From NCBI RefSeq assembly GCF_009914755.1, contig NC_060937.1: a stretch of 64,000 bases of DNA; one strand, given 5' to 3'. The position numbers were made by a program, and so were the translations under genes. Under the pieces are notes generated by a model. That model was not told where the DNA came from and searched no databases. It saw only the letters and a program-made list of their open reading frames with translations. Below are positions 11,113-25,880 of the stretch, piece by piece (the first letter of the stretch is position 1; each line of letters begins with the position of its first letter). Source of the DNA: the human T2T-CHM13v2.0 reference genome, Homo sapiens.

Positions 11113-13780
11113 GAGACTGACTGAGAAAATGGTAGATAGGAGGCAAGACTAACTTGCAGCTCCCACTTGGATGGACAGAGCAGCATGTAGAGACACACCA
11201 TGAATTTTCGCTCCAAGAACTACCAAAGTAACATACCAAGAAAGCTAAGACAATCCACAGGCCCTTTGAAGGAAGTGGATTGCTGCTGCAGGCTCCAGGA
11301 GACAGCCAAAAAACTGTGAGTGCCCCAAGTGTGAAAGTGAGAAAGGGAGATTGTCTGTCCCCAACACACATTCTCACAGGTGGACCTGAAGGTCCAGATA
11401 ACTGGAGAAGGATTTAATCTTAACTAGAGCCTAGATGAGCTTAGAGAGCTGAGTGAAATACAGGGGTAGAGGAAGCAATGGGAAGAACCCTGCGGGCACT
11501 TGTGGTCCCCAGGGAAGCCATTTCTGACTTTGTCTCATAGGGATCCTTGGGGAGGGCTGCCAGTGGAAATGGGGAAAGACCACAGGGAGAAGGAAACCTC
11601 CAGCTAAACTTTGTAACAATTTATACTGAAAGAAAAATTTCCTGGACAGAAACTGGGGGAGAGGGTGAACTGGACATGCAGGCATAGCAAAGAAGTTGTG
11701 ATAGGCGGGGAGGTGCAAAACCTGAAAGCCTTGCTTGTTTTCCCAGTGGGGAGGCCTGGAACCTGAGGCAAGTCTCTGGCTGCCTTGAAATAAACTTGGT
11801 GCTGTTAGAGGGGCACAATAGGATTGAAACCAGCCTTTCAGGCTGTGTGGGAGCTGAGTGAAGCCTGTAACTGCCAGCTGTCTCCCACTTCCCTGGCAAC
11901 CTGCATAACACAGCAAAGGCAGTGATAATCCCTCTGGGAGCACAACTCTATCAGCCTGAGAACCACACTCCCCTCCCCTACAGCAGTCACAGCAAGCCCT
12001 GCCCAAGGACAGTCTAGGCTCAAACACACCTAACCCTGCCCCCACCTGATGGTCTTTCTCTACCCTTATCGCAGCCAAAAACAAAGGACATAATCTCTTG
12101 GGACCTCTATGGCCCTGCCCACCACCGGAAAAACTTATCCAGGAGACCCTAGGGCAAGCTTGGATCCTCTCTATATCACTGCAACTGAAAGCACCACTTT
12201 CTGGCTGAAGGCCAACAAACACAAAACTAGTGCAATAAACAAAAATATAACCAAGGCCCTTCACGGAATCCACTTCACTCCCATGCTACCACCGCTGCAG
12301 CAGGTGCTGGTATCCAGGGCTGAGACATCTGAAGACAAATCACATTACAGGACTCTTTGTAGACACTCTCCAGTACCGGCCTGGAGCATGGTAGCTCCAC
12401 TGGATGGCTAGATCCAGAAGAGAAATAACAATCACTGCAGTTGGGCTCTCAGAAAGAAACAACCTGGGCACCCATATCCAGGGAGCACCCCATGGGATGA
12501 AAGAATCTGAACAGCAGCCCTTGAGCCCCAGATCTTCCCACTGACATTGTCTATGCAAACGAGAGGAAACCAGAAACAATTCTGGTAATAAGACAAAAAA
12601 AGTTTTTTAACACCCCCAAAAGATCACACTAACTCACCAGCAGTGAACCCAAACCAAGAAGAAATCTCCAAATTGCCAGGGGAAAAAAAAATCATGTCTA
12701 TTATTAAGGTACTCAAGGAGGCACCAGAGAAAGATAAACACAAACTCAAATAAATTTTGAAAAGTTACAGGATATGGACAAAAAAATCTCCAGAGAAATA
12801 GCATAAATAAAAAATAATCACAACTTCTGGAAATGAAGGGCACACTTAAAGAAATGCAAAATACAGTAGAGAGTGTCAGCAATAGAATTTTTAAAAAGTA
12901 GAAGAAAGAACTTCAGAGCTCCAAGATATGACTTTCAAATTAACCCAATCCAAAAAAAAGTCAAAGAAAAGAGAATTTAAAAAAGTGAATAAAGCCTCCA
13001 AGAAGTTTGGGATTATGTTAAACTTTTTAACCTAAGAATAATTGGTGTTCATGAGGAAGAAGATAAATCTACAATTTTGGAAAACATACATGAGGAAATA
13101 ATCAATAAAAACTTCCCTGGCCTTGCTAGAGATCTAGACATTCAAATACAAAAAGCTTGAAGGATACCTGGGAAATTGATATCACATAAAGATCATTGCC
13201 TAGGCACATAATAATCAGGTTATCTAAAGTCAAGACAAAGGAAAGAATCTTAAGAGCTTTGATGGAAAACTCCAGGTAAACTATTAAAAAGAAAAATGCT
13301 ATCAGATTAGCAGCAGATCTCTCACCAGAAACCCTACAGCTAGAAGGGATTGGAGTCCTATCTTTTGCCTCCTTAAACAAAACAATTGTCAGCCAAGAAT
13401 TTTGTATCCATCAATACTAAGCTTCATAAATGAAGGACTGATACAGTATTTTTCAGACAAATGATGAGAGAATTTGCCAGCACTACAATATCTGCTAAAA
13501 GCAGTTCTAAACCATGAAACAAATCCTCAAAATACATAAAAATACAACCTCCTTAAAACATATATCTCACAGGATGTATAAAACTATAACACAATGAACA
13601 AAAAAGCAAGGTATTCAGACCACAAATAGCATAATAGAATGAATAGTATCTCACATCTCAATATTAACTTCGAATGAAAATGGCCTAAATGCTCGACTTA
13701 AAAGATACAGAATGGCAGAATGAGTAAGAATTCATCAACCAAGTATCTGCTATCTTCAAGAGACTCACTTAACACATAAG

Positions 13781-14158
13781 TGTCAGGCCTCTGAGCCCAA
13801 GCCTGCAGGTATTCATTCAAATGGCCTGAAGTAATTGAAGAATCACACAAGAAGTGAAAATGGCCTGTTCCTGCCTTAACTGGTGACATTACCTTGTGAA
13901 ATTCCTTCTCCTGGCTCATCCTGGCTCAAAAGCTTCCCCACTGAGCACCTTGTGACCCCCATCCCTGGAAGCTAGAGAAAAACCCACTTTGACTATAATT
14001 TTCCACTACCCACCCAAATCCTATAAAACAGCCCCACACCTGTCTCCCTTCACTGACTCTCTTTTCGGACTCAGCCTGCCTGCACCCAGGTGAAATAAGC
14101 AGACTTGTTGCTCACAAAAAGCCTGTTTGGTGGTCTCTTCACATGGACATGCATGACA
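13781..14158 (+). mobile_element. Solo HERV-H LTR (LTR7 family)
   Basis: tgtcaggcctctgagcccaagc...tcctataaaacagcccc...gcctgtttggtggtctcttcaca...tgaca; perfect 5-bp TSD ataag (13776-80, 14159-63). Confidence 0.95.
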
Positions 14159-14676
14159 ATAAGGACTCATATAAACTTAAAGTAAAGTGGTGCAAAAGAT
14201 ATTCCAAGCAAATTGACACCAAAGCAAGCAGGAGTGGTTATCCTTATATCAGACAAAACAAAGGTTAAAGCAACAGCAGTTAAAAATATGCAAAGAGGGA
14301 CATTATATAATGATAAAAAGACTTTTCTATTAGGAAAATATTACAGTCTTAAATATATATGCATCTAAAACTAGAGCTTCTAAATATATAAAACAACTAT
14401 GACAGGACCTAAGAAATGAGATAGACAGCAACACAATAGTAGTGGGAGACTTCAATACTCTACTGACAGCAATAGACAGGTCATCAAGACAGAAAGTCAA
14501 CAAAGATACAATAGACTTAAACTCTGCCCTAGAACAAATGAACTTAAAAATATTTACAGAACTTTCTACCCAATAGCTGAAGAATATTCATTCTATTCAT
14601 CATCATATGGTCCAAGATAGGCCACGTAATCGGCCACAAAACAGATTTTAACAAATTTAAGAAAATTGAAATTACA

Positions 14677-14957
14677 GTGGCTCATGCCTGTAATCCCAGC
14701 ACTTCAGGAGGCCAAGATGGGTGGATCACAAGGTCAGGATCAAAACCAGCATGACAAACATAGGGAAACTCCATCTTTACTAAAAATACCAAATTAGCCA
14801 GGTGTGGTGGTACATGCCTGTAGACCCAGCTACTCAGGAGGCTCAGCCAGGAGAATCGCTTAAATCTGGGAGGTGGATGTTGCAGTCAGTCAAGTTCACG
14901 CCACTGTACTCCAGCCTGGGTGACAGAGTGAGACTCCATCTCAAAAAAAAAAAAAAA
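14677..14957 (+). mobile_element. AluS (Sg/Sc-like) inserted in L1 ORF2
   Basis: Alu lacking the first ~10 nt; TSD aaaatt(g/a)aaattaca. Confidence 0.95.
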
Positions 14958-15584
14958 TTAAAATTACATCAAGTACTCTCTCAGGCCACAGTGGAATAAA
15001 GTTGAAAATCCACTTCAGAACGAACCCTCAAAACCATCCAAATACATATAAATTCACCTGTGCCTGAATGATTGTTGAGTCTACAATGAAATCAAGATGG
15101 AAGTTGAAAATTTCTTTGAACTGAATGATAATAGTGATATTACCTATCAAAACCTCTAGGATACGGAAAGGCAGTGTTAAGAGGAAAGGTCATAACCTTA
15201 AATGCCTACATCAGAAAGTCTGAAAGAGCACAAATAAACTATCTAAGGTCACACCGCATGGAACCAGAGAAACAAAAACAAACCACACCCAAACCAAGTA
15301 GAAAAAAATAAATAAAAAAAGATCAGGGCAGAACTAAATAAAATTGAAACAAACAAACAAAAAAAATACAAAACATGAATGAAACAAAAAGCTGGTTCTT
15401 TGAAAAGACAAAGAAAATTGATAGACCATTAGTGATATTAACCAGGAAAAGAGAAAAAAAGATGCAAATAAACTCAATTAGAAATGAATCGGGGGATACT
15501 AAAACTGATACCACATAAATACCAAAGATCATTCAAGGATACTATGAACACTTCTATGCACATAAACTAGAAAACCTAGAGGAG

Positions 15585-16597
15585 ATGGATAAATTCCTGG
15601 AATTATACAACCTTCCTAGATTAAACCAGGAAGAAATAGAAACTCTGAATAGATCAATAACAAGCAGGAAGTTTCAAATGGTAATAAAAATTTTGCCAAC
15701 CAATAAACGTCCAGGACCAGATGGATTCACAGCTGAATTTTATCAGACATTCAAAGAACTGGTTGCAGTCGTATTGACACTATTCTACAAGATAGTGAAA
15801 GAGGGAATCCTCCCTAAATCATTCTATAAAGCTGGTATTGCCCTAACACCAAAACCAGGAAAAGACAAAACAAAAAAAGAAAACTACGGGCCAATATCCT
15901 TGATGAATATTAATGCAGAAATTTTCAACAAAATACTAGCTAACCGAATCCAACAGTGTATCAGAAACATAATCCACCATGATCAAGTGGGTTTCAAACC
16001 AGGGATGCAGGGATGGTTAAACATATGCAAATCAATAAATGTTATACACCACATAAACAGAATTAAAGACAAAAATCACATGATCATCTCAATAGATGGA
16101 GAAAAAAGCATTTGACAAAATCCAGCATCCCTTTATGATTAAAAACCTCAGCAAAATCAGCATAGAAGAGGCATACCTTAAGATACTAAGAGTCATTTAT
16201 AAACCCACAGCCAACATTACACAGAGTGGGGAAAAGTTGAAAGTATTCCCCTGAGACCCGGAACAAGACAAGGATGCCCACTTTTACCCCTTCTATTCAA
16301 AATTTACTGGAAGTTCTAGCCAGAACAATCAAACAAGAGAAAGAAATAAAGGACATTCAAATTAGTAAAGAGGAAGTGAAACTGTTACTATTTGCTGATG
16401 ACTTGATTGTATACATAGAAAATCTTAAAAACTCATCCAAAAAGTTCCTAGAACTAGTAAATGAATTCAGCAAAGTTTCAAGATACAAAATTTATGTACA
16501 AAAATCAGTGTCCCTGCTATACACCAACAGCAACCAAGCTGAGAATCAAATCAAGAACTCAATCCCTTTCACGATAACTGGAAAAAAAAAATCTTAG
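15585..16597 (+). pseudogene. Disrupted L1 ORF2p reverse-transcriptase region
   Basis: ORF fragments 15585-16115 ([29 protein letters not shown]) and 16274-16597 (LLFADD), separated by frameshifts. Confidence 0.95.
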
Positions 16598-18299
16598 GAA
16601 CATACTTAACCAAGGAGGTGCAAGGAGGTGAAACACCTCTACAAGGAAAACTACAAAATACTGCTGAAAGAAATAACAGATGACACAAACTAGTGGAAAC
16701 ATCCCATCCTCATAGATGGGTAGAATCAATATTGTCAAAATTACCACACTGCCAAAAGCAATCTACAGATTCAATGCAATTTCCATCAAAATACCACTAT
16801 CATTCTTCATAGAACTAGGAAAAAAAAATCCTAAAATACATATGGAACCAACAAATAACCCACATAGCCAAAGCAGGACTAAGCAAAAAGAACAAATCTG
16901 GAGGCATCACATTACCTGACTTCAAACTATACTATGAGTCTATAGTCACCAAAACAACATGGCACTGGTATAAAAATAGGCACAGAGTCTAATGGAACAG
17001 AACAGAGAACCCAGAAATAAAGCCAAGTATTCATGGTCAACTGATCTTCAACAAAGCAAACCAAAACGTAAAATGGGGAAAGGACAATTCAACAAACGGT
17101 GCTGGAATAACTGGCATGCCCCATGTAGAAGAATGGAACTGGATCCTCATCTCTCAAGTTATTCAAAAATCAACTCAAGATGGATAAAAGACTTAAATCT
17201 AAGACCTGAAGCCATAAAAATTCTAGAAGATACCATTGGAAAAACCCTCTAGACATTGGCTTAGGCAAATACTTCATGACCCAAAACAAATGCAACAAAA
17301 ACAATGATAAATAGATGGGACTTAAACTAAAAAGCTTCTGAACAGCAAAAGAAACAATCAATAAACAGACATGCCACAGAGTGGGAGAAAATCTTAGCAA
17401 TCTATACATCTGACAAAAAACTAATATCCAGAATCTACAAAGAACTGAAACAAATCAGCAAGAAAAAAATGAACAATCTCATCAAAAAGTGAGCTAACGA
17501 CATGAATAGACAATTCTCAAAAAAAAAAAAGATATACAAATGTCCAAGAAACATATGAAAAAGTACTCAATATCACTAATTATCAGAGAAATGAAAAACA
17601 AAACCACAATGAGATACCACCTTACTCCTGCGAGAATGGCCATAATTAAAAAATCAAAAAATAATAGATGTTGGCATGGATGTGGCAAAAAGGGAACACT
17701 TTTACACTGCTAGTGGGAATGTAAACTAGTACAACCACTATGGAAAACAATGTGGAGATTCCTTAAAGAACTAAAAGTAGATCCACCATTTGATTGAGCA
17801 ATCCCACTACGGGGTATCTACCCAGAGGAAAAGAAGTTATTATACGAAAGAGATTCCCACATGATTATAGCAGCACAATTCGCAATTGCAAACATATGGA
17901 ACCAGACCAAATGCCCATCAATCAATGAGTGGAAAAACAAAATGTGGTGTATATATGCCATGGAATACTACTCAGCCATGAAAATGAATGAAATAATGGC
18001 ATTTGCAGCAACCTGAATGAAATTGGAATTGGGGTGAAGTAATTCAGGAGTGAAAAACCAAACATTGTATGTCGTCACTCATAACTGGGAGCTAAGCTAT
18101 GAGGACACAAAGACATAAGAATAATACAATGGACTTTGGGGACTCAGGGAAAAGGGTAGGAGGGGGATAAGAGATAAAAGGCCATACATTGGGCACAGTG
18201 TACACTCCTCAGGTGATAAGTGCACCAATATCTCAGAAATCACCACTAAAGAACTTATTCATGTAACCAAATACCACTGTTCCCCAAAAACCTATTGAA

Positions 18300-18376
18300 A
18301 TAAATAAATATATTAATATATGTATGTATTTATATATTTTTATATGTATTTATATATGTATTTACTTATATATATG
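18300..18376. repeat. AT/TATG low-complexity repeat derived from the L1 polyA tail
   Basis: atatgtatgtatttatatatttttatatgtatttatatatgtattt between the L1 3' end and the TSD. Confidence 0.85.
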
Positions 18377-18413
18377 TGTAAGGAGGCAGCTTTAGGCTAA
18401 GCTTGATTTAATG
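18377..18413 (-). mobile_element. MER57 LTR terminal remnant displaced by the L1
   Basis: tgtaaggaggcagctttaggctaagcttgatttaa continues the sequence broken at 11112. Confidence 0.88.
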
Positions 18414-19739
18414 AGAGTTATAATTTCGGAGAACAAAAAATAAATGATAATTTTTCAATGTCATTAATTGCTGATTTCTTAACATCAGTAGCATACTTTC
18501 TTCTTATGCTCTATACTCTACAAAAGATTGAAAAGATAAATACAATTTTCTAATTCAAGCTTTTCTATCTCCAAAATGACTAAAATTTCCTAAATTTGCT
18601 CTATATCCACCGTTTCTCCTTCATTTCACATTAATTCACATAGTAGACTTTCAAAAAATACTTCAGAAAGGAATACTTCAATTTGAAACACCAAATTGAA
18701 TCTGCCTTAATAACACAGCTTCTTAACTGGGTTTTCTGTTTTCTGTCTAGGCCAATTCCAGCGAGCCTCCTGTACTAAAGAAGAGCTCACTTTTATAAAT
18801 ACAAACTTAATAATATCACTTTTTTGCTTCCTATATTTAAGAATAAAGTCTCAAATCAAATTAAAGTATGTCCTAAATTCTCACTATCTTATAAATTTGG
18901 CATATGATATCACCTCTGGTGGTAACAACTATTAGTTCTTAAAGATGAACTTATTAATTAAACTCAATCCACTTAATAGACTGATAATTTACTAAAAATA
19001 AGATTACTTACCTATATACTTTCATTAGAATTGAAATAAGTAATGAAGAGTTTTTTTAAAAGCTGGGTGAATCATCCAACTCTATAGGCTAGAATATTCT
19101 TTCTTCAACTTTCAGCAACAACAATAGAATATCAGATTCTTGTGTTTGTTTTACATCTTTTTCCAGATAAACATTTTTTCCTCTAAATTAATTAATAAGA
19201 TAATCATTGACATATTTTTACTCTTAAATTTTCATGACATCATTTTTTCACAATTAAAATATGCTTATGACTAATTTAAAGGAAGTCAGCCAAACAATGT
19301 TTTTTAATTCCTAAAATATTTTCTAAACACATAGTTGATTGAGTCATACCATACTGATCTGTACTTGAAATGTACTTTTATAAATTAAACACTTGCATTC
19401 GACAGTACTTTTACTCAATATTTGCTTGTTAATAAGGTGGGATACAACATTACAATATTTTTGACAAATTGTGCAATGTTGGATCAACCTACCAGGTGAG
19501 ATTAGAGACATAATGGGTAGTAAATGAGAATGAAAATAGAGAAGATTGTTCTGTGGCAAGAGTTGAGCTGACTAGAAAAGCCTTACAGAGGTCAAAAAAG
19601 TAAGACTATAATTAGAGTACAATAGCCTGTGGATCAGAGAAGAAAAATTAAGACTAAATTGCTAATTGGGAGAAAAGCTAAAGACAGAGAGAACCCATTA
19701 GTTGATTTAAACTTCCCAGGGGAAGTTAAATTCACTGTG

Positions 19740-20221
19740 TGATAACATTAACATGACCAAGATGGTGGTCATAATGTTTCCTTCAACTTGACTAAATTTT
19801 TAAGATGTATGTAAATTATTTTAAAAGCCTCTTGCCAGTTTCACAGCCCACTAATATCTTTCCAAGAGCTTGGGAACCATCTCTTTGAAATGTAATACAT
19901 CAAAGATGATGTATCTGTAGAAGGGTAGCAGCCTAACATTAATGGGTGCCAATTAGCAAACACAGATGGCCTATTCACAGACAAAATCATTTGAAAACTC
20001 AGGAATAACTCAAATATCTTCAACACATCTCATTGAAAATTCTCCCCACTAACCCTTCTGTACTTTTTCTCTAGCTCACTTCAACACTTAAAAACTGTTC
20101 TACTCTTTTCTTTAGCAGAATTAAGTTCAGACTGAGTCCATGTCTCCTTTCCTATTACCATTCCCTTGAATAAAGTCTTCCTTGCTTATTGAACATTGTC
20201 CAGTGCAATTTTGCTTTGACA
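19740..20221 (+). mobile_element. MER31 (ERV1) solo LTR
   Basis: tgata...caagatggtgg...gccaattagcaaacacagatggcc...gAATAAAgtcttccttg...gctttgaca. Confidence 0.85.
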
Positions 20222-21224
20222 AAAGAAAGTTGGAAAAGGATTGCTGCTTTTTGTGAAAATGATCATGGTTGTTGGCAGAGAGGAAAATGTCCATTTTACA
20301 GACTAAATACCAGTGTGCAGGACACAGCATTACGAGTGCCAGAGAAGGCCTGTAACAAAGACCTCAGGAATGAAGTTTGGAATGAAAACAGTATGATGTA
20401 GTGGGAAAATTCTCAGTCACATGGGCCGGAGAGAAAATGGTAGTTCTCTAAACACCTTGAGGATCTTATTCTCTTCCTATTTTTGAGCAAAGAGGTGATT
20501 TTGATAGAAAGTATAATTTTAGCAAAGTAAAACAGGAGCTGAGATACAAAGATATAAGAGCTTATAATTATCTTGTGCCCTGAATTCCCCTGCAGGCAGG
20601 TGTGGACTAGATAATTGTCTTTAACATAATAGAGATGGCCAATAAACTAACTGATGCCTATTAACAGTGCATATATTAATAACAATTTGTATTTTAAATT
20701 TACTTTTAGAGTACATCTTTATGCTGTCTGAAGATTAAAATATATACATGGCTTTGAATAAATTACTTGAGTTCCCAATATCTCTGATGTAAAATCCAGC
20801 GGTTTAATTAAATCATAGAAATAAAGTGGATGTATGTTTATCATATGAATTCCCTATTTTGTAAAAATTAATGTTATGTCATGGCAGTGTTTTCGATTTG
20901 ATAATTGGCAAATTTTAATATTATTCATTTGCAGACAAATGCCCATTTATAGACGTTTACATTTTTAGTCCTTCACAACTGAATTATTCCAGAAAATTAT
21001 TGATTACGTTTGTAGAACAATTTTTTGAGAAATTCTCAAGGTTTAAATTAAATTTTCCCCATTTCAAAAAACAAAAATAACAGCTCTTTAAACACGAAAA
21101 CACACATACCCACACATCCACATACACCCCACAGACAATGTACAAGGAAGATTGAGGTCATTGTTTTGAGGAATACCTAGAAGCCTACTCTCCACTCAGA
21201 TTATCTGACAAACTATTGTACGTT

Positions 21225-21357
21225 TACATGACCATATATCCTTGTTTGCCCAAAATGGTCCTAGTTTATGCCAGTTGGCCTGACATAATTATTAACATTG
21301 CAAAATTTTATTTTCAAAAGTATTTCAGTTTTGACAACAAATCGTATGGTCACTTTA
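21225..21357 (+). mobile_element. MER94 hAT-Blackjack MITE
   Basis: TIR-like tgaccatat...tatggtca, internal gtttgccc...ataattattaa...tcaaaagt; ~133 bp. Confidence 0.7.
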
Positions 21358-21439
21358 AACATAAAAAGCAGTTTGTGTTTCCAATTTTCATGCACTGTAA
21401 ACAAGAAAGTATAAGAAAAATCTTAATTAACACAACTGA

Positions 21440-21763
<324 letters not shown>

Positions 21764-22669
21764 AAAACTGACCTTTTATAAAACCGTAATATTTTACATA
21801 ATTATCTAACTTACCATTGGAAGCATAGGGATCATTCTCCTTCCTCATTTCATTCTAAAGCCTGCTTCTTAAGCAATTTGGCTAAGTTTACCAACATTCT
21901 TCCCATGGCCAATCTTCATTTGAGGGGTCTACTTTCATTCCTTTCTCGAGTCATGTTTATCTTTTCTAAGCACAGAGGTCCTTCACTCAACTCTAAATCA
22001 ACCTCCAAAGTGGACAGAGACACTTTACAACACTTTTCCAGGAAAGTCCTTATAGTCGTTTCTTGTATATTCTACTCCAGACTGCTTCTAATCAACGCCT
22101 TCCTGGAGCTCTCAGTTCAAAACTGGGCCAAAATCCCCCATGGAAACACATCTAGTGAAATGTCCACATTTACAGGGGTCCCTAGAGTTAGCCAGTTAGT
22201 GCTTCTGTAACTGTGTCACCCTCCTCATAAATATTAGCACCCCAGTTTTTGTTTCATTAAACACTAGAGAAAATATAAATATCAGTGTACAAGTTTTAAA
22301 ATAAAAGTTTGAAAAATTTTCAAAATAATGATTAAAGCAAATAAAGGGACAATAATTTCTAAAGTAATTTTATTATAATACTAACATAGTAAAATTACAG
22401 ATGAAAGAAGAGAAGTAATGCTAATTTCTATGCAGTTCTCTCCATGTTTGGAAAACAATATTTCTCGGTACAAAGAAAAACAATTTAAGATTGGGACTAT
22501 CTATCCATGTTGACAATTAGACATAGAAGGATTTATTAATTCCAAAAATATGTGTTTGTTTCTCTCCTAAATAGGTTTTGAGGGGGCTGTTCTTAGCATT
22601 AGGGAAATCATCCCAATAGATGAGCCATATGTATGCACTTAGACTCAGAAAAAATCAAAATCATCCTGA

Positions 22670-24599
<1,930 letters not shown>

Positions 24600-24964
24600 A
24601 GAAATACTTGAAAAAATATGTTAAAATATAGGTAAGGGACAATATGAGGAAAATCATATAGAATCATAGAACTGAACCTGAATATGTCACTATTCATGTA
24701 TGAATTGCTTAAGCTTTCCTAAACAAAGGTATTTCAAATATTTTCAATGACAAAAATTTATACATATATAAATACAAATATACATTTAATATATATATAA
24801 TATACATACAAATATATTTTAAAAAGGAAATTAGGGCTTATTATACAGCGTTCTTCCCTTGTTTCTTTTCTTCTCAGCATTATCACTAGGAGATTCTTTC
24901 ATCTCAGTCTTGATGCTTCAGAATCACCCTTCTCTAAAGACAGGATTTCCCCATGTTATCAGTG

Positions 24965-25880
24965 CACTTTTTTTCTCAACACTCTTCTAAGGTGACTCCC
25001 AATTTCACTTTATTTGAATACTACATTTAATGCTGTAGTTCACAAATTTGTATTTCCAGGTCATGCGTCCTCTGACACGTATCTCCCACGTATATATATG
25101 ATATATAACTTACCAGCTCATATCTCCATTTGGATATGTCCCAGATATTTCAAACTGGACATAATTAAAATAAAGTTATCTTTGTTTTTCAGAAAATGTG
25201 CTGTTTTCCAAACTCCAATCTTCCCCATTTTTCTAAGAGATTTAGTATCCATTCTTTTGCTCAAAAAATGAATTTAGTGCAGCCTCAATCTTTCTCTCTC
25301 TCTCACTCACCAGCTTCAAATTCATGACCATATCCTATCAGTTCTTCTTTCGAAATAAGTAAAATCTATTTCCACTTTAGTTCCAGTCATAATCCAGTTG
25401 ACCTGACTTTGTGAGCTTACTAAATGTTTCCTCCACATTCCTTCGCTGGTGTTGTCTTTCACCAGAAATAAATTCCTAACTTTACTATATTCTAGAGTGC
25501 ATTGCATTATATCTCTTTCCTACTTTTCCTACAGTCCTTCCTATTTGCTAACCATGTCCAATAATACTAATATTTATATTTATGTTCTAAATATGTCAGG
25601 GTATTTCATGTAGCAGGACATTTGCAACCGGTAATGTTCTTTCTGTCTTCCTTCTGTTAGGTTCCCTTTTCTTTAACTAATATTTAATAGTTTGAAGATG
25701 ACCTTTCCAGAAAAGGTTTCCCTGAATGCCCTATTTAAATGTAGACTCCCCTCTTCATTCTAACCTAGTACCTAACTTATTGTCCTCAAAAATTTTGATA
25801 CAAATCCCAATTATTTTATTTTTCTCTTTTTCATCTGTCTCCTCTGCAATACTGTAAGTTCTGTGAAGTCATATACTATG
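24965..25880 (+). mobile_element. L2 LINE 3' fragments
   Basis: atctccatttggatatgtcc, catatcctatcagttcttctttcgaaat, tctgtctcctc...actgtaagttctgtga. Confidence 0.65.

Larger units (their letters stand above)
11113..18376 (+). mobile_element. Full-length L1PB1-type LINE-1 (L1PBa 5' UTR, decayed ORF1/ORF2, 3' UTR, AT-rich tail)
   Basis: 5' UTR agataggaggc...ttgcagctcccac; ORF1 ~12553-13570; ORF2 from ~13635; 3' UTR gctaagctatgagg...aatcaccactaaagaactt; TSD tgtaaggagg at 11103-11112 and 18377-18386. Confidence 0.95.

Noticed and set aside
15585-16597. Reverse-transcriptase ORFs as a possible retron, DGR or novel RT system
   Set aside because: They are ordinary frameshifted LINE-1 ORF2 fragments in their expected L1 context
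16611-16630. Exact 10-bp tandem duplication caaggaggtg in L1 ORF2
   Set aside because: A simple slippage mutation contributing to ORF2 decay
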